Assembly (NCBI GenBank): GCA_964345455.1
Contig: CAYFRE010000005.1
Location: 1,330 to 43,167, forward strand
DNA from: an uncultured Syntrophomonadaceae bacterium
GTDB lineage: Bacteria; Bacillota; Dethiobacteria; DTU022
Length of the DNA stretch: 41,838 nt
Direction of reading: 5' to 3'
Positions 35,358 to 41,838 of the stretch are shown here, piece by piece. The position numbers and the translations under genes were made by a program. The notes under the pieces were generated by a model. That model saw nothing but the letters and a program-made list of their open reading frames with translations, did no database searches and was not told where the DNA came from. How positions within the stretch are numbered: position 1 is the stretch's first letter; each line of letters starts with the position of its first letter.

Positions 35358-36284
35358 TTAAGCTCCTTTTCTCCAGATACTGTCCTCTCCCCTGCCCGGG
35401 GCAAGTACAGCCAGGGCCCGCGGCCGCACCTCGATGGTCAGGGGAAGGGTGCCGAGAATTTCCCCGTCGGCCTGGATCATCAGGGGAACAGGAGACTGCA
35501 CGTTGATCCGTCGGGCTTTCAGAATAACCACATCGCGGTGCCGGGTATGCCTGCCGGAGATCGCTGACGGCAAAACCCTCAGCGTTTCAAACTTTCCGAT
35601 ATCCTTCACCAGGCAGATATGAAACCAGCGGTCGTCAGGCTCTGCCGGGGGGAGAATATGCAAACCTCCGGCGTAGTATCTTCCGTTACCGACAGCGATA
35701 AGCAGGGACTTCCCCGACCAGCGGTGGCTGTCATATTCCAGCTCCAGCGGGGCATTGCGATATGTAACCAGGTTTTTTAGAATTCCGGCCATGTAAGCAC
35801 TCAACCCGGTCAGCCGTTTGAATTTCCGGTTAACATCACAGGCCACCTGAGCGTCAAAACCGACTCCGATCATATTGACAAAATAACGTTCGCCGATCTT
35901 CCCCAAATCAACGCGGCGGCTTTCCCAGTTCAACAAATTATCCGCTATCTCGAAAGGATCCGGAGAATAGTTCAAACTGCGGCAGAAATCATTCCCAGTC
36001 CCTGCAGGGATCATGCCCAGTGTCCCGCGTTTCAAATCCATCCCGTTGACAATCTCATGGACGGTCCCGTCCCCGCCGACAGAGACCAGCACGTTGGCCC
36101 CATCCTCCTGGGCCAGGCGGGCCAGACGCACGGCATCACCTGCCTTTTCGGTATAATAGACACTATAAGGACGATCAACCTTTAAGCGGGGCTCGAGTTC
36201 TTCCCAGATTGTACCAGCCTTGCCCCTTCCGGCCAGCGGGTTGACGATAAATGCCGCTTTCAATAGCTGTCTCCTCCTTTTCAC
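35358..36284 (-). CDS. diacylglycerol kinase-family lipid kinase (YegS/DagK-like)
   Basis: 308 aa with NP.AG.G and GGDGTVHEIVNG motifs. Confidence 0.85.
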   Translation of the reverse strand: MKRRRQLLKAAFIVNPLAGRGKAGTIWEELEPRLKVDRPYSVYYTEKAGDAVRLARLAQEDGANVLVSVGGDGTVHEIVNGMDLKRGTLGMIPAGTGNDFCRSLNYSPDPFEIADNLLNWESRRVDLGKIGERYFVNMIGVGFDAQVACDVNRKFKRLTGLSAYMAGILKNLVTYRNAPLELEYDSHRWSGKSLLIAVGNGRYYAGGLHILPPAEPDDRWFHICLVKDIGKFETLRVLPSAISGRHTRHRDVVILKARRINVQSPVPLMIQADGEILGTLPLTIEVRPRALAVLAPGRGEDSIWRKGA

Positions 36285-36416
36285 GATTTTTTACTCCGCT
36301 TGACGCTATGATGTTGACTCTGCAGCCCGGCAGTTTTATTTTTCTCCGGCAGGAGCGCTTCTTCCTTCTCTCTTGAACAATATGAAACCGTTGAGACCCC
36401 CCGTCTCTTTACAAAC

Positions 36417-36446
36417 TTGACTTTTGGGACCACCTGAGTTTATAAT
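36417..36446 (+). promoter_or_regulatory. sigma-70-type promoter candidate for nadE
   Basis: TTGACT, an 18-nt spacer and TATAAT, ~80 nt upstream of the ATG at 36527. Confidence 0.45.
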
Positions 36447-36526
36447 GCCTCCAGAATAATCTATTTGCAGGGCGCTCGCGGGGGATTCTGACTTTCCGTG
36501 AGCTTTTGCTTCAGGAGGAAAATAAG

Positions 36527-38146
36527 ATGCTTATTGCCCTGGCTCAGATAAACCCTGTCACCGGTGCCCTGCGGTGGAATGCCGCCAGAATCAAACAATT
36601 TTATGAGAAAGCGCGGGACAGAGGGGCCGGGCTGGTGATCTATCCGGAAATGGCCCTAACCGGCAGCCCGCCGCAGGACCTGCTGCTCTACAGCAGCTTT
36701 GTCGCTGAAGCGGATGCTCTGATCGAGCGGGAGCTGGCTCCGCTGACCGCAAACTCTTCGGCCGCCATGCTGCTGGGAACATGCCGCCGCCTGCAGGGCC
36801 ATCTGTGCGACACCACCCTCCTGCTGAAAGAGGGGAAGGTATCCGCAATCTACCCGAAGACGGTCCTGGAGAAGAGGGTGCCCTTTCAGGAAGAACGCTA
36901 TTTCACCTCTACAGGCCGGAGCGTATATGAACCGTGGGGTGAGCTCATGGTGGCGATAATTGTCGGCGAGGGCGCCCTTCTGCCAGAACACCGCGAACTG
37001 CTGCCACAGCCGCGCGGGAAGCCGGCGGAGAGGCGGCTGCTGATCAACCCGACAGCCTCGCCGTACTACTTCGGCGGGCAGGCGCAGCGGGAGATTGCCG
37101 CCGCCGCGCTGGCCGGGGAGCAGCGCAGCGCCCTGCTGGTTGCGAACCTGACCGGCGGCAGCGATGAACTGGTCTTTGACGGAGCCTCCCTGGCCTACAA
37201 TCACCGCGGCGAGCTGCTCTGCCGGGCCGCCTCTTTTGCCGAAGACCTCATCTATATCTCCGCCGGCGATCTCTTCGTTCCTGCAGGCAGAGAACTCCCT
37301 GCAGCCGCTGAAGATATTGACACCATCCACCGGGCTTTAATTCTCGGGATCAAGGATTATTTTGCGAAGAGCAGGTTCCGCCGCGCTGTCCTCGGACTGA
37401 GCGGCGGCCTGGACTCGGCGGTAACCGCCGCCCTGGCCGCAGAAGCGCTGGGCGCAGAGAATGTTCTCGGTGTGCTGCTGCCCTCGGATTATTCACCGCC
37501 GCACAGCCTGGAAGATGCCCGCGCCCTGGCTGACAGCCTGACCATAGAAAGGCGAATAATCCCCATCACCTCCTTATTTCACGCTTACCTGGAAGAGCTC
37601 AATCACTCCGGCAGGCCGGAGATGGACCTGGCCGAGGAGAATCTCCAGGCCCGCATCCGGGGAGATATCTTGATGCTTATCGCCAACCGGGAACGGCGCC
37701 TTCTCCTGACCACCGGGAACCGCTCCGAGCTGGCCGTGGGCTACTGCACCCTCTACGGGGATATGGCCGGCGCCCTGGCTGTGCTGGCCGATCTGCCGAA
37801 GCAGACCGTCTACGAGCTGGCCCGGTCGATCAACCGGGAGCGCGAAAAGGCCGTAATCCCTGAGCGGACCATCACCAAACCCCCCTCCGCCGAGCTGCGC
37901 CCCGGCCAGAAAGATGAAGATTCGCTGCCTCCCTACGGCATCCTCGATCCCATCTTGAATCTATACCTGGATCAGTATCTTTCTCCCGCCGAGATCATCG
38001 AGCGGGATTTTGACGCGGCCACGGTTCGGCGGGTCACCTCCCTGGTGGAGCGGGCCGAATACAAGCGCCGCCAGGCCGCGCCCGCTATCCGAGTGATCAG
38101 CGGCCTGAACCGGCGGAGAACCCCCATCGCCCGGGGTCAAGAATAG
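36527..38146 (+). CDS. nadE: glutamine-dependent NAD+ synthetase
   Basis: An N-terminal CN-hydrolase domain is followed by a C-terminal NAD synthetase domain with the SGGLDS PP-loop. I prefer the start at ATG 36527, which has AGGAGG 8 nt upstream. Confidence 0.88.
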   Translation: MLIALAQINPVTGALRWNAARIKQFYEKARDRGAGLVIYPEMALTGSPPQDLLLYSSFVAEADALIERELAPLTANSSAAMLLGTCRRLQGHLCDTTLLLKEGKVSAIYPKTVLEKRVPFQEERYFTSTGRSVYEPWGELMVAIIVGEGALLPEHRELLPQPRGKPAERRLLINPTASPYYFGGQAQREIAAAALAGEQRSALLVANLTGGSDELVFDGASLAYNHRGELLCRAASFAEDLIYISAGDLFVPAGRELPAAAEDIDTIHRALILGIKDYFAKSRFRRAVLGLSGGLDSAVTAALAAEALGAENVLGVLLPSDYSPPHSLEDARALADSLTIERRIIPITSLFHAYLEELNHSGRPEMDLAEENLQARIRGDILMLIANRERRLLLTTGNRSELAVGYCTLYGDMAGALAVLADLPKQTVYELARSINREREKAVIPERTITKPPSAELRPGQKDEDSLPPYGILDPILNLYLDQYLSPAEIIERDFDAATVRRVTSLVERAEYKRRQAAPAIRVISGLNRRRTPIARGQE

Positions 38147-38166
38147 CCGCCGTCCGCACCCCCAGG

Positions 38167-38195
38167 TTGAACTGGCCATCCCGCTAAGGTATAAT
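38167..38195 (+). promoter_or_regulatory. sigma-70-type promoter candidate for mnmG
   Basis: TTGAAC, a 17-nt spacer and TATAAT, ~40 nt upstream of the ATG at 38236. Confidence 0.5.
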
Positions 38196-38235
38196 TTTAT
38201 TTACTTGAACAAGCCCTGGATTGAGGTTGAACCCA

Positions 38236-40131
38236 ATGGAGTACCGGTGCATCCCGGATCAAGATAGGAAATACGACATCGCCGTGATCGGCGCGGGCCA
38301 TGCCGGCTGCGAAGCGGCCCTGGCCTCGGCCAGGCTCGGCTGCCGCACGCTGCTCCTCTCGCTGAATCTCGACCTGGTGGCGGTGATGGCCTGCAACCCC
38401 TCGCTGGGCGGACCCGGCAAGGGGCACCTTGTACGCGAGATCGACGCCTTAGGGGGCGAGATGGCTTTCAACGCCGACCACAACCTGCTCCAGCTGCGCC
38501 TGCTGAACACGGGAAAGGGGCCGGCGGTGCAGGCGCTGCGGGCGCAGATAGATAAACTCGGCTACCAGAAAACCATGCGCCGTGTCCTCGAGCGCGAACC
38601 GATGCTTTCGCTGCGTGAAGATATGGCCGAAGAGATCGTTCTCGAAGAGGGGCAACTGCATGGCGTACGCGGGCGCAGCGGCGCTTTCTACCCGGCCCGC
38701 AGCGTTATCCTGGCCGGTGGCGTCTACCTGCGCTCAAAAATATTTTTCGGCTCGCAAGGACATAGCTTTGCCCCCGGAGGGCTGCGGCCCCCGGTAACCC
38801 TGGCCGAAAACCTGCAACATCTCGGCATTACCCTGCAGCGCTTCAAAACCGGCACCCCGCCGCGGGTACACCGGCGAAGCATCGATTTCGGCAGGCTAAG
38901 ACCGGTCCACGGCGACCCGCAGGCGCCGCCCTTCTCCTTTCTCTCGACAACTGTGCCCGAAAAACAACTGTCCTGCTGGCTCACCTATACCAACCTCGAT
39001 ACTCACCGGATCATCCGCGAAAACCTCTCCGAGGCTCAGCCCTACAGCGGCCCGATCAAGGGACCTCGCTACTGCCCCTCCATCGAAGATAAAATTGTCC
39101 GCTTTGCCGACCGCGAGCGCCATCCCATCTTCATCGAGCCGGAAGGGCCCGATACCGACGAGATGTATTTGCAAGGGATTTCCACCGGCCTGCCGCCCGC
39201 TATCCAGGAGCTCTTTCTGCAGACCATCCCCGGTCTGGAACGGGTGGAGATCATCCGCCCCGCCTATGCCATCGAATACGACTACGCCCCGCCAACCCAA
39301 CTGAAACCGTCCCTGGAGAGCAGACTTATCGAGGGCCTCTTTTTCGCCGGCCAGGTCAACGGAACCACCGGCTATGAAGAAGCGGCGGCCCAGGGGCTGA
39401 TTGCCGGGATCAACGCCGTCCGGCGGCTACGGGGAGAAGAACCGCTGATTTTAAAACGCAGCGAGTCCTATATCGGGGTGATGATCGACGACCTGGTCAC
39501 GCGGGGGGTGGAGGAGCCTTACCGTATCTTCACTTCGCGCAGCGAATACCGCCTGCTGCTACGGCAGGACAATGCCGACCTGAGACTGACCGAAACGGGT
39601 TACCGGATAGGCCTGGTCAGCGAAGAACGCTGCGCGCTCTACCGGCGAAAAAAAGAGTTTATTGACAGCGAGCGCCGGCGCTTGCGGGAGAGGCAGTTTC
39701 TACCGGGCAGGGAGTTCGACCGGCATCTGGTATCCTGGGGCTCCACGCCGCTGCAGCACCCCGTCTCGGCCGAAGAGCTGCTCCGTCGCCCCGAGATCAG
39801 CTACCGCCGGCTGCTCGATTTTGAAAAAATAACGCCGCCCCGGCTGCCTCCCGGCACGATCAACGAGGTGGAGAACCAGGTCAAATACAGCGGTTACATC
39901 GAAAAACAGCAGCGCGCGCTGGAAAGAACGGCCCGGCAAGTTGAAAAAACAATCCCGGCCGATTTCAACTACGATAAAGCGGTGCATCTCTCGGCGGAGG
40001 CGCGTCAGAAGCTGGCCCGGGCGCGGCCCTATACCGTAGGCCAGGCCGCCCGGATGGAGGGGGTCACCCCGGCTGATATCTCCATGCTGCTGCTTTACCT
40101 GGAAAGGCCCGGCGCGCTCAAAGGGAAGTAG
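38236..40131 (+). CDS. mnmG: tRNA uridine 5-carboxymethylaminomethyl modification enzyme MnmG (GidA)
   Basis: The FAD motif (YDIAVIGAGHAGCEAA), NPS.GG..KG.LVREIDALGG, RYCPSIEDK and FFAGQ.NGT.GYEEAA are all present. Confidence 0.92.
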   Translation: MEYRCIPDQDRKYDIAVIGAGHAGCEAALASARLGCRTLLLSLNLDLVAVMACNPSLGGPGKGHLVREIDALGGEMAFNADHNLLQLRLLNTGKGPAVQALRAQIDKLGYQKTMRRVLEREPMLSLREDMAEEIVLEEGQLHGVRGRSGAFYPARSVILAGGVYLRSKIFFGSQGHSFAPGGLRPPVTLAENLQHLGITLQRFKTGTPPRVHRRSIDFGRLRPVHGDPQAPPFSFLSTTVPEKQLSCWLTYTNLDTHRIIRENLSEAQPYSGPIKGPRYCPSIEDKIVRFADRERHPIFIEPEGPDTDEMYLQGISTGLPPAIQELFLQTIPGLERVEIIRPAYAIEYDYAPPTQLKPSLESRLIEGLFFAGQVNGTTGYEEAAAQGLIAGINAVRRLRGEEPLILKRSESYIGVMIDDLVTRGVEEPYRIFTSRSEYRLLLRQDNADLRLTETGYRIGLVSEERCALYRRKKEFIDSERRRLRERQFLPGREFDRHLVSWGSTPLQHPVSAEELLRRPEISYRRLLDFEKITPPRLPPGTINEVENQVKYSGYIEKQQRALERTARQVEKTIPADFNYDKAVHLSAEARQKLARARPYTVGQAARMEGVTPADISMLLLYLERPGALKGK

Positions 40132-40200
40132 AGCTATGGCCATGTTAACTCCCCCCCCCCCCCGGCCCTCTTTTCCAAAGGGGGGGGCTGAGATAGAACG

Positions 40201-40328
40201 AGATTCTTCGCTTCGCTCAGGGTTACCCCTTGTGCTCACACCATGATAAATGAAAGCATTGCTCTAAACATAGATCCTTCGCTTTGCCCAGGAGAGGGAT
40301 CCTTCGGGCTGCGCCCTCAGGATGACAA
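40201..40328. repeat. cluster of three degenerate copies of a short dispersed palindromic repeat (GATCCTTCG...CTCAGGATGACAA type)
   Basis: The three units are AGATTCTTCGCTTCGCTCAGG, TAGATCCTTCGCTTTGCCCAGG and GGATCCTTCGGGCTGCGCCCTCAGGATGACAA. A further copy sits at 10727..10759. Confidence 0.6.
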
Positions 40329-40422
40329 CAATGGGGACTTTACCAGCGATAACGTGTAAAGAGTTGTTTGGGCGAGGCACGCCTCACCCAAAACCATACA
40401 TCCAACCTCTAACCTCCAACTT

Positions 40423-41247
40423 CTAACATCCAATCAGGGGCAGCCGCAAGATCCGGCGGGCCTCATCGGGTGTGGCCACTTCACGGCCGTGCAGCCGGGC
40501 AATATGGGCCACCCGCTCGACCAGCCGGGCATTGCTTTCGGCCAGAACCCCTTTTTCAAAAAATATATTATCCTCAAAGCCGACCCGCACATGGCCCCCC
40601 AGCAGAATTGCCGCCGTAGCCAGGGGCAGCTCGTGGCGCCCGACACCGGCCACGGTCCAGGTGCTCCCCGGAGGAATGCTCTCCACCAGGTGCAGCAAGT
40701 TTTTCAGGTTGGCCGGGATTCCGCCGGGAACGCCCATGACAAAATCATAGTGCATGGGCTCTTCAATCAGGCCTTTCCGGGCCAGGTAGCGGGCATTGTT
40801 GATCATCCCCACTTCGAAGACCTCGATCTCCGGCCTGACCCCCTGCTCCTGCATGGCGCGGGCGAACTTCTCCAGGTATTCCGGCGGGTTGTAGAAAACA
40901 CCGTCGCCAAAGTTGACCGTCCCCGCGGTCAGGCTGGCCATCTCCGGTTTCAGGTAAACCGGCTGGATCCTCTCTTCGGCGCTCATCCCCACCGCACCGC
41001 CGGTGGAGGTCTGGATGATGATATCGCATTTCGCGCGGATCTGCTCGATCGCCGCTTTAAAAACGGCCGCCTCCTGGGTAGGGGTACCGTCTTCTTTGCG
41101 CACGTGCAGGTGAACCAGCGCCGCCCCGGCCCGGTGGCATTCGCAGGCGGCCTCGCCGATCTCGGCCGCAGTTACCGGCAGGTTCGGGTTGTCTTTCCTG
41201 GTCACCTCTGCCCCGGTCAGGGCGACAGTGATGATCAACTTTTCCAT
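40423..41247 (-). CDS. kce: 3-keto-5-aminohexanoate cleavage enzyme (BKACE/DUF849 family)
   Basis: 274 aa. The N-terminus (LIITVALTGAE...P.T..EI...A.EC..AGAA.VHLHVR..DG.PT) is typical of Kce. The gene ends in TAG. Confidence 0.8.
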   Translation of the reverse strand: MEKLIITVALTGAEVTRKDNPNLPVTAAEIGEAACECHRAGAALVHLHVRKEDGTPTQEAAVFKAAIEQIRAKCDIIIQTSTGGAVGMSAEERIQPVYLKPEMASLTAGTVNFGDGVFYNPPEYLEKFARAMQEQGVRPEIEVFEVGMINNARYLARKGLIEEPMHYDFVMGVPGGIPANLKNLLHLVESIPPGSTWTVAGVGRHELPLATAAILLGGHVRVGFEDNIFFEKGVLAESNARLVERVAHIARLHGREVATPDEARRILRLPLIGC

Positions 41248-41672
41248 TACATTTCCCCCCCGCTTTTTTCCGGAGGCGGCTGCGGCCCCCGCTGCAGATC
41301 TTTGGGGACCACGCAGGTGCCACCCGCGCGGGCCACCAGCTGCGGCGGCGCCAGCACGTTGCAGGCTGACGGCTGATCCTTCAGCCCGGCATTGGTCACA
41401 ACCTTGTAGGCCTCGAACTGCATATGCCGTGAACTGCTTCCCTCCCAGTCAATCCACCCGCTGATCTCCAGGTAATCGCCGGCATAAACCGGCGCTTTGA
41501 ACTCCACATTATCATAAGCCACGAACAGGCCCTCGTCGCCGTCGCGGCGGATCAGCAGCTCCGTGGCCACGTCGCCAAAGAAGTTCATCAGCCTGGCGCC
41601 GTCGACCAGCCCGCCGGCATAGTGAACATCGCGCTCGCTGATCCTGACCCGCAGCATCACTTTGTACATCAA
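41247..41672 (-). CDS. kal: hotdog-fold protein, probable 3-aminobutyryl-CoA ammonia-lyase
   Basis: 141 aa. Its stop overlaps the kce start (TAATG). Size and position match kal of lysine-fermentation operons. The family call is from memory. Confidence 0.5.
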   Translation of the reverse strand: MMYKVMLRVRISERDVHYAGGLVDGARLMNFFGDVATELLIRRDGDEGLFVAYDNVEFKAPVYAGDYLEISGWIDWEGSSSRHMQFEAYKVVTNAGLKDQPSACNVLAPPQLVARAGGTCVVPKDLQRGPQPPPEKSGGEM

Positions 41673-41711
41673 TATCGCCTCCTTTTATTGACGGCCCCGC
41701 CGGGGCCGCGC

Positions 41712-41838
41712 CTAGGTATACAGTTCCTCGAATATCTGCCGCAGGATGGGGCTTTCGCGCATCACGTTAAGCGAGATCGCGGCATGACCCTTTGTATAAC
41801 CGTTGCCCACGATCATGGTAATGTCCTTGCCCACCCCT
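41712..41838 (-). CDS. C-terminal fragment of a CDS (possibly L-erythro-3,5-diaminohexanoate dehydrogenase, by operon context only)
   Basis: The minus-strand frame reads ...GVGKDITMIVGNGYTKGHAAISLNVMRESPILRQIFEELYT-TAG. The N-terminus lies outside the window. Confidence 0.3.
   Translation of the reverse strand, partial: GVGKDITMIVGNGYTKGHAAISLNVMRESPILRQIFEELYT

Noticed and set aside
40399-40435. Short tandem-like repeat ATCCAACCTCTAAC / CTCCAACTTCTAAC / ATCCAATC at the kce stop
   Set aside because: Only ~2.5 degenerate copies are present, they overlap the end of a coding region, and no functional pattern is apparent. It is probably a low-complexity coincidence.
40423-41838. Lysine-fermentation genes (kce, kal, partial upstream CDS) as a functional partner of the lysine-derived Pyl pathway
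   Set aside because: They are 26 kb from the pyl genes, lie in GC-rich core DNA and are separated from them by many housekeeping genes. These genes degrade lysine for energy rather than supplying it, and nothing in the sequence links the two.

Overview
This 41.8-kb window is probably from a Gram-positive anaerobe. That inference rests on the split pylSc/pylSn synthetase, the Tat/FdhE genes and the lysine-fermentation genes. Every gene from 868 to 26333 lies on the minus strand.

The centre of the window, roughly 9.4-26.5 kb and possibly from 5.7 kb, is visibly more AT-rich than the flanks. It holds a methylamine / genetic-code-expansion block:
- a complete bacterial pyrrolysine cassette, pylT-pylSc-pylB-pylC-pylD-pylSn
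- two methylamine methyltransferase genes with in-frame UAG codons, mttB and the bacterially uncommon mtbB
- a DxHxxG corrinoid protein
- a full-length non-Pyl MttB homologue fused to a betaine-type ABC importer operon
- a class-III aminotransferase
- a PAS/sigma-54 enhancer-binding protein
- three textbook -24/-12 promoters

The points that most deserve a second look:
1. pylSc, pylB and pylD all end in UAG. Each is in frame with the next pyl gene, so active Pyl decoding would produce fusion proteins.
2. pylC is broken by a 1-nt frameshift in a T3A4 run.
3. The transporter binding-protein gene ends in UAG-UAG-UAG.
4. UAG makes up about one third of stop codons in the window, which implies conditional decoding.
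5. A diverged ~165-bp copy of the 3' end of a methyltransferase gene brackets about 21 kb that includes the whole block.
6. An archaeal-type GAPDH + PGK + LarA-like operon sits immediately downstream of pylSn.

The flanks are ordinary housekeeping genes:
- Left flank: CofE-like, mobA, tatC/tatA/fdhE/tatA.
- Right flank: queG, GDPD, pntAA/AB/B behind a fourth sigma-54 promoter, a decayed DUF4338 + transposase IS remnant, dagK-like, nadE, mnmG, kce/kal.

No CRISPR array and no rRNA were seen. The only tRNA found is tRNA-Pyl.
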